Source of the DNA: Gracilinanus agilis
Lineage: Eukaryota
Assembly (NCBI RefSeq): GCF_016433145.1
Contig: NC_058133.1
Span: 197,135,157-197,199,156 of the forward strand
DNA: 64,000 bases
Direction: 5' to 3'
In this document: in pieces, positions 1 to 11,504 of the stretch
How positions within the stretch are numbered: the stretch's first letter is position 1
Layout: every line of letters starts with the position of its first letter
Program-made: the position numbers and the translations under genes
The notes under the pieces: generated by a model
The model's database searches: none
Told to the model about the DNA's origin: nothing
The model's input: the letters and a program-made list of their open reading frames with translations, nothing else

Positions 1-330
1 ATCCCTCCCTCCCTTTTCCCCCAGCAATCCTCCCTCTTTTCCCTTCATCTCTTTTTCTTCTCTCTTCCCATACTCCCTTCTCCACAACAGTCCTCCCTCT
101 TTTCCCCTATCTCTCTTCCCCTCCTTTCCTCATCTTCCCTCTCCCCAATTCTCCTTTCTCTTCTCTCCCCTCCCTCTTTTCCCTTTCTCCCCTCACTTCC
201 TTCTCCCCTATATTCCCTCACTCCCCCCATTCTTTCTTCTCTTATCCCTCCCCTTTCTCTTTTGCCTTCTCTCTCATCCATTCTGTACCTTAGTCACTCC
301 CTACCCCTTCCCACACTTTTCTTTTTTTCC
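1..330 (+). repeat. Low-complexity polypyrimidine (C/T) tract in UBE2Z intron 1
   Basis: Nearly all C/T with sparse A; source of the spurious E/R/G-rich ORF 45..281. Confidence 0.9.
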
Positions 331-1407
331 TGGATCTTCAGTTCCCTTATAGCAGGTATATACCATAGAAAGGGTTGCTACAGCCTTTTCCCTTGCCTTT
401 GTTCCTGGAGGACAGTCCCCATCCAATCCTTGAAACTTTTTGTTCTATTACTATTCCTTCTCCCTTCCTCTTTCCCTCGCCTGCTCGAGCCTTGTTAATT
501 CCAGTATCTTGTATGTTGATGCTTCATAAAGAAATTTTATTCTAACAATAGAACCCTCTCCCCCATCCTTAGAAATTAATTTGCCTTTCCCAACCTTTGT
601 AACTTCTTAATCAAACCTCCTGCTACCTTTCTGCTACCTAGTTGTCTATCCTGCTTAAACTAAATCTATTTAAGTGATTTCCTTGTTCCTTCCCATTTGG
701 GCATGTTTCACCTGGGACGTTCCTTGGCTTTAACCTCAACTGCCCCTAATTCTGGAATGAGGCCCCAGGAACCACTTGTAGAAGTCTTTGTATTTAATCT
801 TCACAGTATATAACTCCCAGTAACCTCAGAAGAGCACTCTTCCCCCCTCCATCTTTTCCTGAAGATAAATCTGTGGCTCATTCCTTTGGTCTGGTTCCTG
901 GACAGAAGACTATATCTAGCCTCATCCCCCACTAGCTTCCTACCACCTCCTAGGAAGAGTCTCTTCTTTGTACACATTGTTGTAAAGTAAGCATGGTAAT
1001 TTTCTTGTGTATCATTTGGAATTTGTTTCGTTTCTTTACATTCAAGTTTGTTTTTTAGTTGGTAACATTTTCATTGAAAACAAATTTATTCTGAAATTTT
1101 TTGCATCTGGAAATATTTAGGAGTAACCACTGAATTGTCATGTTAATAGATTTTTTCACACTGAAATCTGATGCCTTTGTGATCTTCCATTTTTCTTTTT
1201 CCCACCTCCCCCGGATGAAATAGTGCCTTGTTTGATAACACTTGGTTTTCTGCTTCCCTACCAACCTGAGAGCCCCTGGCTTCTCAGCCAGTGCAAACAA
1301 CTTGTATCATGCACTCAGTTTTCACTCCTCTTCTCATTGATTTCAGCTACTGTCTTGCTCAAGGGCTTTCCCACCTTTACCCCTACCTCCCCTTTTTTGT
1401 TATACAG

Positions 1408-1480
1408 AGACATCATGTCCATTTATAAGGAGCCTCCGCCTGGAATGTTTGTTGTGCCTGATCCCCTTGACATGACTAAG
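1408..1480 (+). CDS. UBE2Z: UBE2Z (USE1, UBA6-specific E2) exon 2; exon 1 lies upstream of the window
   Basis: tatacAG acceptor and GTaggt donor; 73 nt; encodes (R)[24 protein letters not shown], matching recalled human UBE2Z. Confidence 0.97.
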
Positions 1481-2768
1481 GTAGGTGATTCCACTGGGGG
1501 GATGAGTACATGCTTTTGCCTTGACCTTCATATATAAATATACTTGTCTATCAAATCGAGGGAGGATAGTCATTGCCTGATTTGTCTTTAGGGTCTTGAT
1601 TAGTTTGGTATACTATCTCTTGCAACATTAGCAGCAGTAAACATTTAAGTTCCATGCTGAATGTCACAGAATGTATTAAGTATGGGGGGGGGACCCTACA
1701 AAAGTTAAAACAACCCCAGTTCTGAAGAAAGCACCATGAGACTTCAGTGAGTCTAAGCCTAAAATCCTCAGGCTGGTAGACACTTAGGCTTCTTTGCTTT
1801 CCCTAGCCCCACCCGTGGAAGTAGATTCACACCTAAGCCTATGTCAGGCAGAAATGAGTTGCTTAAAGAGCACACCTCTGGTTTCCATTGCCTGCAGCAA
1901 AAATGTAGCCTGTAAATTGTTGGTTTGGTCTTAGTTACTTTGAATAAGCTTGGCTTTTAAATTGATTTTTTTTTCTTTAATGTGGTTGAAAATGTTTTTA
2001 TGGGCATACTTTGTCCCTAGTAAAATGCCAGGGATATTACATTGCCCTTCAGGCCCCAGAATTTGTGCCTGTTCAGGCCAGTTGGATTTGCTATTTAAGA
2101 TGGTCTTGGGGGGAGTTGGGGGAGAAATCACCTGGGCAATGTGTGTGGGTTCAGTCTCTACAAGGTATTTTCCAAATTCTCAACAGATGGATACTTCTGA
2201 ATGTGCTAATAGTATGTCAGTCTGAAATAATTTCAGATTCCCAAATCTAGGGAAGGAGAATTTGGTTATTAATTGTGATTGTAGATTACAGAAATCCCCA
2301 TTTCTGAGATTGAAGCTAACTTCTTGGTCCTTTGAAGGCACAATTGTATAATGCTGCTATATGGTTTTCCTCTTTGCATTTCCTTTCCCCACCCCAAACC
2401 CCTATCTAAATTTGATCAACAAGAGAGGAATATGATGAGTTAACCATCTATCTCACCACCAACTGACCTGTTAAAGCATCCAACCCTTGTCTTCTGTTTA
2501 CCATGCCCTTAAGTGTCACAGAAAAGAAGTAGAATTTTGTTAAAAGTTCTAGGTAGAATTTTTGTCTGAGATGGAAACTTTCCATATTCCTGGAAAGCTT
2601 TATAAATAAGAACAAGGTATCTATTCCATAGGATGGGGTTAACCAGATTTAAGGGACTTTGTCTTCTGGCATGTGCAGTGATGTGGGTATGGGCATGGGA
2701 GGATTGGCGGTGGGGGACACTACCACACAGTTTTGAGATGGTGCGCAAGATGGGCTTTTGTTTTACAG

Positions 2769-2956
2769 ATTCATGCATTGATCACAGGCCCATTTGACAC
2801 TCCTTATGAAGGGGGTTTCTTCTTGTTCGTGTTTCGCTGTCCTCCAGATTATCCTATCCACCCACCACGGGTCAAACTGATGACAACGGGCAATAACACA
2901 GTGAGGTTTAACCCCAACTTCTACCGCAATGGGAAAGTCTGCCTGAGTATTCTGGG
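2769..2956 (+). CDS. UBE2Z: UBE2Z exon 3, UBC fold with catalytic Cys (TGC 2940-2942)
   Basis: ttttacAG...GG/GTaag; 188 nt; [63 protein letters not shown]. Confidence 0.98.
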
Positions 2957-4169
2957 GTAAGAGGAGACTTCCAGTTAGCTGAGCTGGGAGCCAGAGACTC
3001 TTGCAAGCTATTTTAGGCTGTGGATGTCTATTCTGCCTCTCTCAATAAATAGCTATAATATTTTTTATAGTTGGGTAAAAAGTTGCTTCCGATATTGGAA
3101 ACCATGTCAGATCTCAACTAGACTCATAAAAATTCTAGACTTATATTGTTTGCATATTGTCAATCCCAATCTCAGAGTCCCAATCCTTGAGATGGTTAGA
3201 AATTCAGAACAATGATATGGAAAAAAAAAATACTGACCATGGATTCAGAGGACCTAGGTTCAAGTCCTGCCTCTGATCCTTTCTACTTGTATGTCCTTGG
3301 GCAGATCACTTAATTTCCATGGGCTGTAGTTTCCTTGCCTGTAAAATGTAGTTGTTAGGCTAAAGGTCATCTGAGGTTCTTTCCATTCTGTAGCAGTTTT
3401 CCCTTGTTGCAGATATAAAGGACTTTGAAAGGTTCCTTTTTCTTTGGGGAGTCAGGAAAGCGGGAAAATTGAGATTGCTTTGTTCCATCCCTTCCTGTGA
3501 CTTGAAACCAGACCCACTTCCAGGCTTGTGTGGCAGCTGATCCTGGGAGCCAGAGTATTGGGCCATTGGCAAGACCCATTTTTTTTTTTTTTAAACCTTT
3601 CAGAGATTCAGAGTGGGTAATGGCAGTAGAGTAGACAGAAGAGGGAGGATTTAAAGAGACCTATTATTATAAGATAACCAAACCCCAGGGTAAAAACAAT
3701 CAAGTGTTCTGTTATTTGTGCAAATGGAAAGGATAATCCATAATAGTTATTAATCGAAAAATTGTTTCTGTTTAGAATCACTTTCCTGGAAGTTTAATAT
3801 AGATATTACGTCCTAGGTATGTTTTACTTAGGCCAATACAAAGATTCCATGATCTGACAACCAAATGACAGCAAAGTTGGGGAAGGAAAATGGTAGAGAA
3901 CAGAGTGACTAAAAATTGCTGGGTCCGGGGAGGGACCACTCTGAGACTTGAAATTATTTCAAGAGCATCCACAAAATGGAAAATTCCAATTAGGTTCTGG
4001 AGTTAGTTGTATTATTAAAACAGGCTTTTTTTTCTAACAGAAAGTGTTATTTATTGACCAGGGACATTTAAATATGAAGAATCTCTATTTTGTTCCAAGG
4101 TCATAAATCTCTTGGTAGATGAGAAGGGTTTTGAAATGGGATCACCAAATTGAAAGCCAAGAATGAGCA

Positions 4170-4370
4170 GGAACAGCTAGGTAGATCACTAGATAGAGAG
4201 CCAGACCTAGAGATCCTGGTCCTGGGTTCAGATTTGACCTTAGATACTCCCTAGCTTTGTGACCTGGGCAAGTCAGTAAACCCCAATTGCCTAGCTCTTA
4301 CCACTCTTCTGCCTTGGAAACAATACTGATTCTAAGACAGGAGGGAAGAGAAGGGTTGAAAAAAAAAAAA
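4170..4370 (+). mobile_element. Marsupial tRNA/CORE SINE (SINE1_Mdo/MAR-like)
   Basis: cagctaggtag...gggttcagatttgacc...ctgggcaagtca...gattctaagacag and an A tail. Confidence 0.85.
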
Positions 4371-5285
4371 TGAGAGCAGTGCTGGTGAAGGGTGCGGTGG
4401 GGTGACTTTTGAAATCAGCCATTTTGATAAGGCTAATGGGAAAAATCACTTATATTTTTCCTGTGATGCTTGCATTTATGCCCCAACCTCAGCACTTTCT
4501 TTGCCTTCTCAGGCTGAAACAAATATGTCTTATGTCACTTCTTGTTTTCTGCCTTTATTTTTGCCGACTGGATTGTGGTCCACACAGGTTTAGCTGTTGC
4601 CTAACCCAGGCTCCTATGAAGGAAAGGAAGTCTTTACTTGTTTTTCCTTTTCAATTGGAAAATTCTTCTTGAATATTACTTTCTTTGAGTTTTGCTTGCT
4701 ATAACTCTGTAGACCTCAGAGAACCCTTTATTCCCTAGTGTCCAAGTATGGACCAGGAACCCAGATGTACCTATTTTTGGCTTTATCAACTTCACCCCTG
4801 CAAAGGGAGGACTGTGTGCTACTCTCTTCTTGACTTGACACCCTGTCAAAAAAAAACAAATGAAAATTATCCACTCTTTATACATAATTCTTTTCCCAAG
4901 TATTCTGAGTAGTATCGGCTAACTTTAACATTGATTATCCGTGGAGGCATTTTTTAATTGACCATATTTTCAACTTAGTCTTTTCTTCTGTGGCTCCTAT
5001 AAATCAGAACCCTTGATCAGGTGAAAGCCCATTAGAGTTATCCTGCCCAATTTCTCCACTTTTTTTTCCTTTCATCTGCTTGTTGGCTTTGAGATTGACT
5101 GACTTCCTTTTTCAATGGGGTAAGATGGAGGCTGGGAGATTCCAGTGTTAATAGTGAAAGAGAAACGTTGAGTCACACATGGTCTTGTTGCCAGGCCCCC
5201 AAGTACTTTTGTACAGGCCTGAAGGAGCCATTCCCAACTTCCCCAGCCTCACCCTCTTCCCTTCCCCCTTTGCTGTGTTTTGCAG

Positions 5286-5397
5286 TACTTGGACTGGCCC
5301 TGCCTGGAGCCCAGCCCAGAGTATCTCCTCCGTGCTTATCTCCATCCAGTCACTAATGACTGAAAACCCCTACCACAATGAGCCTGGCTTTGAGCAG
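5286..5397 (+). CDS. UBE2Z: UBE2Z exon 4
   Basis: tgcAG...CAG/GTaag; 112 nt; [37 protein letters not shown]; phase fits exon 3. Confidence 0.98.
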
Positions 5398-7026
5398 GTA
5401 AGCCGGCCTTCCAAGTGGGAGACACTTATTACTTTTAATGAGTTTTATGGAATCTGAGACCTTAAGAGGGGAGGGTCTTTTTTTCCTTTTTCTAGTGCTC
5501 TGTTTGTTGCCTCCTAGGAGAGTATGTGGAACCATAGTAGAAAAGGGAGGTAGTTTGCATGTTAAACAAGTTAGTAGATTTGGGGCTGGCAATCATTTCA
5601 CTTCTGGGCACCTTAAATCTCTTATTGAAGAGACTTAGATATTCATTAATAAGTGTGACAGTAATGAGATCTGTGTAGTGTGCTTTTCAGCTAACTTATA
5701 TTAACCTAGTTAAGAGTTTATTTAGTAAAGGTATTTGGAAGATTAGTTTAGAATTCTTGAGGGATTTTTATTTGTGCCCAGATTCATGTCTACACTACTC
5801 CAGACAAAAGCTTGAGGTGCTTCCTAGAATTTATACTGAGTTCATTCCTCTATTTTGGACTTTTGATGCCACCTAATTTATTTTCCACAGAGCCAAAAGG
5901 ATCATGAACAAGGGTGAGAATGGGATTTTTTTGTGGAAATGTGTTATTTATTGCCATCAAAAATAAGGTCAAACAACAAACCTAAAAGATGGCAAACCAA
6001 AGTAGGTTGTTTAAATTAGAGTTTAATTCAATATCAAATGTCTTGAATTTAGCATCACCCAAACTACAGGGGATTCCTAGACTGTTGCCTATTTTAAGAA
6101 TGAAACAAATTCATTCCTTACCCTAAAGCAGAGAGGCACCACATCTTTCTAGATAACATCATCCTGCCCCAAATGATCCCAGTGTGTCTTAATTTTAGAG
6201 GAAGAAAATTATAGGATGGACCTCTTTGTATTAGTTGCAGCTGTTTGGAAATGGTGTCTTTCCTAATTTAGAAGAATAGCCTTATAGGTTCAGTAACTTT
6301 TATAACACCTCCAGATCTCTCTGGCTAAGACTGGAACTGTCCCAATGTTTTGTTTTGTTTTTTTCTTTGCTAGTCAGAATGGGGCCCCTGAATGGTAAAA
6401 GAGTGATGGGGAAAAATGTCTTCCTCATTCTTGGCCCCCCAGCAGCACTATTGGCCCCCATATTTACCCAGACTTCCAGATAGATATTTCTGATGGGGTC
6501 CTTTTGATGGATTTGCAGTAGGGTCATCTGTGGTTTGCTTTGCCATTGTCTTCCCTTCAATTAAAAAAAAATTAATAGGAGTAGAGACTTGCTTGAAAAT
6601 ATGACAGAGAGTTAGCAAGAAGCTTCCTGTCTTTCCTACCATTGTAACCTCTACTACCGGGAGAGGTCAGTTTTGTTGCCCTGCTTTCTTGATATAGTGG
6701 GCCAAATTGCACTGGTTAATACCTATCCAGTCTTTATCTGGCTGGACTTCTTTCTTGAGACTGGAGCCCAAGATGGCCAAAGGAGCCTTGTTAGGTGAAC
6801 ATGTAGCATATTTTCTGTTAGGGAGCTTGGTATCAAAGGTGGAAGTAAAAAAAGTAGGGGAAGAGAATAGTTTTTATAGGGCTAAGAATGCCACCTACTT
6901 TGCATCTTTTATCTTCACCTGCTCCTGACATGCAGTGCTTTCTTCTTCAACCTCACTCCCCAAAACTTCTTTTGTTTAATATGGGCACCTTGAATGATTA
7001 TTAATGCCATTTGTCTTTTACCACAG

Positions 7027-7139
7027 GAGAGACACCCAGGAGACAGCAAAAACTACAATGAGTGCATCCGGCATGAAACCATTAGAGTGGCAGTCTGTGA
7101 CATGTTGGAAGGGAAGTGTCCCTGCCCTGAGCCCCTAAG
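7027..7139 (+). CDS. UBE2Z: UBE2Z exon 5
   Basis: ccacAG...AG/GTatat; 113 nt; [38 protein letters not shown]. Confidence 0.98.
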
Positions 7140-7411
7140 GTATATGACAAGCAGAGTGGCTACATTTTTGGGGACTCATTGATATTATGAGAATCACAGG
7201 CCCTCAGGATGCAGTGCCTTCTTGCATAAATCAGAAAGCATTTGTTAAGTATCTACTGTGTGTCTGGCACTGTGCTAAGTGCTGAGGATGGCCCCCTGCT
7301 CCTAAAAAGACAAAAAAACAGCAGCTGTTCTTAAGGAGTTCACAGTCTAATGGGGGAAATAATATGCAAACAAACAAGATATATACAGGATTAAGTGGAA
7401 ATAATCTTAGA

Positions 7412-7640
7412 AAGCAGCTAGGTGGCATGGTGGATAGAGCACTGGGTCTGGAATCAGGAAGACTCATCTTCTTGAGTTCAAATCTGGCTTCAGATACTTC
7501 TAGCTATGTGACCCTGAGAAAGTCATTGTTTCCCTCTGTTTCCTTATCTGGCAAATAAGGTAGAAAAGGAAATGAGTCTTTGCCCAGAAAACTTCAAATG
7601 GGGTCAGGAAGAGTCAGACATGATTGAAAACTACTGAATA
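7412..7640 (+). mobile_element. MIR-type CORE SINE
   Basis: gcagctaggtggc...gagttcaaatctggcttcagatac...gggtcaggaagagtcagacatgattgaa. Confidence 0.8.
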
Positions 7641-8470
7641 ACAATATCAGAGGGAAGGCATTAACATTAAGGAAAACTGAGAAGGTCTCTTATAGAAGGT
7701 GGGATTTTACCTAGGACTTAAAGCCAATGGGAGAAGATGAGGAGGGAGAACATTTCAAACATGGGAGACAGCCAGTTAAAATGCATGGAGTCAGAGATGA
7801 GTGTCTCATACAAGGAATAACAAATAAGAAAGCCAAAATCATTGGATTGGAAAGTAAGCAAGGTATAAGTGGACTAGACAGGTAAAAGGGGGCTGAGTTA
7901 TAAAGGGCTTTAAAAGCCAGCAGATTTTATATTTGATTCTGTAGACAATAGAGAAGCCACTGGAGTGGCTTGAATAAGGGAATAATGTGGTCAAACCTTC
8001 ATTTTAGGAAGATCACTTTGATAGTTAACTAGTAGATTATTGCAAGTTCTGAGATGATGAAGGCATGCACCAGAGTGGTGGTAGTATCAAAGGAGAGAAA
8101 GAGCCATGTATCAGAGAAAGAAATGAGGTTCATATTTTTGAGAGGAGATGGTCTACTTGCCGTTCCCCAGTTTAGCACATCATCTTACTTCATCTCTGCC
8201 TTAAACAGGATGTCTGACTCATGCTGAGAATGGCTCTATCCTTACCTGTCTCTTAGAATCTTTCACTTCCTTCAAGACTCAGTTTATGTGCCAACTCTTC
8301 TGAGAAGCCATTCCTGATCCCTTTTGTGCTTGGTCCCTCCTCATATGATCACATGCACTTGTTTGTGAACAAGTAGAAAGGAAGCCCTTTGAGAGCAAGG
8401 ATTATTCCTTTTTTTTTTTTTTTTGTACCTCTGATACCTTGTTTATAGTAAGTGCTTAATAAATGCTTAT
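7640..8470. mobile_element. L2 fragments (minus-strand body, plus-strand 3' end)
   Basis: Purine-rich L2-like body and L2 3' motif ...gtaagtgcttaataaatgctt; boundaries approximate. Confidence 0.6.
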
Positions 8471-8831
8471 TGAGGAGCAGCTATGTAGCACAATGGGTAG
8501 AGCACCAAGCTGGAATTAGGAGGATCTGGGTTCAAATATGGCCTCAGACACTTCCTAGCCATGTGACCCTAGGCAAGTCACTTATCCTCCACTCTCTCTT
8601 AGAACTAATACCAAGACAAAAGACAAGAGTTTTTTAAAAATGCTTTTTGAATTTGAATGGTAAGAGAACTTAATATTTGTGAATATATTTGTTCTTGAAC
8701 AGTTAAAAAAAATTTAAAAGCAGGTGAATGACATGTAGGCTTTTTGTGAATGTTGGAATGTATGGAAAACAGTGTGATCTGAGACGAAGGACTCAATCAA
8801 GGAAAACTTCCAGGAAAAGGTAGGGATGGGA

Positions 8832-9038
8832 TAGTGATGGCAAACCTTTTAGAAACTGAGTGCCCAAACTGCAACCCTTACCCCAGGCATTCCCCTGTCT
8901 GGGGTAAGGTGACAGCTCACACAGGAAGCACCTGCTGGGCAAAGGGACAGGTTATGTGAGAAATGTCCACAGGTGCCCGTGGAGAGGGGGAAGGGAGCAG
9001 CTCCCTCTGGCACATGTGTCATAGGTTTGCCAACATGG
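8832..9038 (+). mobile_element. hAT MITE, family A (OC1/OposCharlie-like TIR)
   Basis: TIRs tagtgatggcaaacct / aggtttgccaacatgg; degenerate 8-bp TSD ggatggga/ggataggt; second copy inverted at 33898-34124. Confidence 0.8.
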
Positions 9039-9529
9039 GGATAGGTGAACTTTGTAAAAGAGGTTTCTGTAGAAATGGGGAAATGATTAATATGGAGCAT
9101 TGGATATACTATCAGATTTTGGTTGAAGCATTAATGGTTTTTCTGAGTGACTTTTTTTCTTTTTTACTCCTTGTTATAAGGAATAGTCTGTAGGCCTGTG
9201 AGGAAAGAGATATACCCAGAAATGGTGATCAAAGTACAAAGAACAATACAATTTCATTTTTAAAAGCAGAGGTGGTAGTGAATAAGCTTGGGGTGGGCAA
9301 TGGGAAACAGATTGAGTTAAGTCTCCATGCTGTTCAGAGTTACAGTCATTCCAGTGACTACACTACATGGGAAATTAAGTGTTGACAGGGCACTTACTAA
9401 ATTTGGCATCTTCCTTCAATGACCTTTTTGCCAAGGGCTGAGGTGGGAAGTTGGGGTAAGTGTCTAATCTAACTATAAGGGAAGAAAATTCTTCAAGCCC
9501 ATGACGCTGTGTTTATCTTTGTCTTCCAG

Positions 9530-9620
9530 GGGTGTAATGGAGAAGTCCTTTATGGAGTATTATGACTTCTATGAGGTGGTGTGCAAAGACCGACTACACC
9601 TCCAGGGCCAGACAATGCAG
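9530..9620 (+). CDS. UBE2Z: UBE2Z exon 6 (absent from ORF track)
   Basis: ttccAG...CAG/GTatag; 91 nt; [30 protein letters not shown]. Confidence 0.97.
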
Positions 9621-10672
9621 GTATAGCAGGCTTGGTTGGGACATGCTTGAACAGGAGGAAGGCAGGAAGGGAAAAAAGGAGGGAGGAAGGAAGCTGACCA
9701 AACCAGAGATGGCATCAACCTCCAATAACTGAAAAGGAGAGAGAAATAAAAGGACCTACCAAAGAAGGCCTGAAGGGAGAGACTATATATAATTCAGTTC
9801 ATGCCTTTGAAGGAGTGATAGTCAATTGTTGGCTCTTAGATGGGGAAGAAGGTCTTCAATGTGAAGGAAAATAATTTTTTGACCTTACCTTGATTTAATT
9901 TTTTTTATTGAAGATAAGCACCTCTTCTGCAACTTTAGAGGCTTAGAGCACTGAGAAAATTATAAAGTTAGCACCTGGAGAAGAGGTGAGTGGGTAGGAA
10001 TGAAGCTGAAGTCTGAAGGAGGGAAAGTTTGGAATATTTGAATATTTCAGTGCAAGAATGGAACAGGGGCATTAGGGATGTAGCTCTGGGAAGTGAAAAA
10101 AAAAGTTTCTTATTACTGTAGAAAGCCATAATAGAGATAGATGTTGATGTTTTGAGAGGAACAGACAGAAGTATTTGGCTAGCTCTTGTTATGACATTAG
10201 CAGGAGGTCCCTAATTGGTCAGTTATGGAACCTATCAGTTCTTGACTGTTCTTTGTGAGATATCCTATCTCTTTAGCATTTCCAATTTTTTCTCTTTATG
10301 GCTGGTCAGTTTCTTTCCTGTTTCCACCCTCTCTCATCCTCTGAAGTAGGTTTTGAAACTTCAATGTAAAGAGCTACTCTGTTTCTATAAAATGGTTTGT
10401 GATTCCTGACCCAGCATAATAAAGGCACAATCAAGGATAGAAGGAACCTCTATAGAGAAGAGGAGGAATCTTCATAGGACGGAGTTGGAGGGTCTGCAAA
10501 TATAGAGATAGGCTCTATTTTTTCTAGTGACTAGGGTCATAAACTTTAAGCATTTTAATAACTAGGTGAACTTGAAAAGGTGTTATTCATTCTGACTCTC
10601 TTGACTTCAGGAATGAGAGATAATCTTCATCCTTTCCTGGGGATATATATTTGAAAAAGTCAACACTTTTGG

Positions 10673-10875
10673 GGGTAGTTAGGTGGTTCAATGGACAGAG
10701 AGCCAGGCCTGGAGATAGGAGGTCCTGGGTTCAAATCTAGTCTCAGATATTTCCTAGTTGTGTGACTCTGAGCTAGTCACTTAACCCCAATTTCATAGCC
10801 CTTAGGGCTGTTCTGCCTCAGAACTGATATTTGGTTTTGATTCTAAGACAGAAGCTTAGGACTTTTTTTTTTTTA
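10673..10875 (+). mobile_element. Marsupial SINE
   Basis: SINE consensus body; flanking aagtcaaca repeated on both sides (TSD-like). Confidence 0.85.
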
Positions 10876-10959
10876 AGTCAACATTGATGTGAACTATCCA
10901 AGGATTATGCAACTCCAGACTAACATTCTTTCAGTCCTCTTCACCTGTTGTTTACAGGT

Positions 10960-11130
10960 ATGCATTTGGGAATTTAAGCTCATTTTAATGTATTTGTCTT
11001 GAAAATATCGCCTGCCAGCATGGGGAAGGGAAAGAGAGGAGGGAGGGAGATAAGTTGGATCATGTAATTTAGGAAAACTCATGTAGAAATTTGTTATTAC
11101 ATGTAATTGGCAAAAAGAAGGAAAAAAAAT
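10960..11130 (+). mobile_element. L1 3'-end fragment
   Basis: G-rich stretch followed by catgtaat...gttattacatgtaattgg and an A tail, typical of marsupial L1 3'UTR. Confidence 0.55.
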
Positions 11131-11333
11131 ATCTGTGGGAAGGTAAGGGGGAGAAGGGGCAAAACTTTGAGAAAACTTTCCTTAAACCCAAATGGGAAAC
11201 GTTTTTTGCTACCTGTGGCCCTCCTCAAAAGAGAAAAGCTGCTGAGGAGCTACCCCAACTTCTATGGGTCCTCACTATTGTCTCTGAGATGAACAGTTTA
11301 AATCTGACTTTTGCCCTTTCTGTCTTCCCTCAG

Positions 11334-11504
11334 GACCCTTTTGGGGAGAAGCGGGGCCACTTTGACTACCAATCTCTCTTGACTCGCCTCGGGGCAATTC
11401 GCCTGAAGGTACAGGAGAAACACCAGCAGGACAGTGCTGAAATAGACTCTGACAGCAGTTCATCTGAAACAGAGACAGACACACAGGGGAGCTCAAGGGC
11501 CTAG
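11334..11504 (+). CDS. UBE2Z: UBE2Z exon 7, coding part to TAG
   Basis: ccctcAG acceptor; 171 nt; [56 protein letters not shown]. Exons 2-7 total 748 nt in a continuous frame. Confidence 0.98.
   Translation, partial: DPFGEKRGHFDYQSLLTRLGAIRLKVQEKHQQDSAEIDSDSSSSETETDTQGSSRA

Noticed and set aside
2432-2570. ATGATGA / CTGA boxes suggesting an intronic C/D snoRNA
   Set aside because: Box spacing is wrong (~30 or ~135 nt) and there is no terminal stem.
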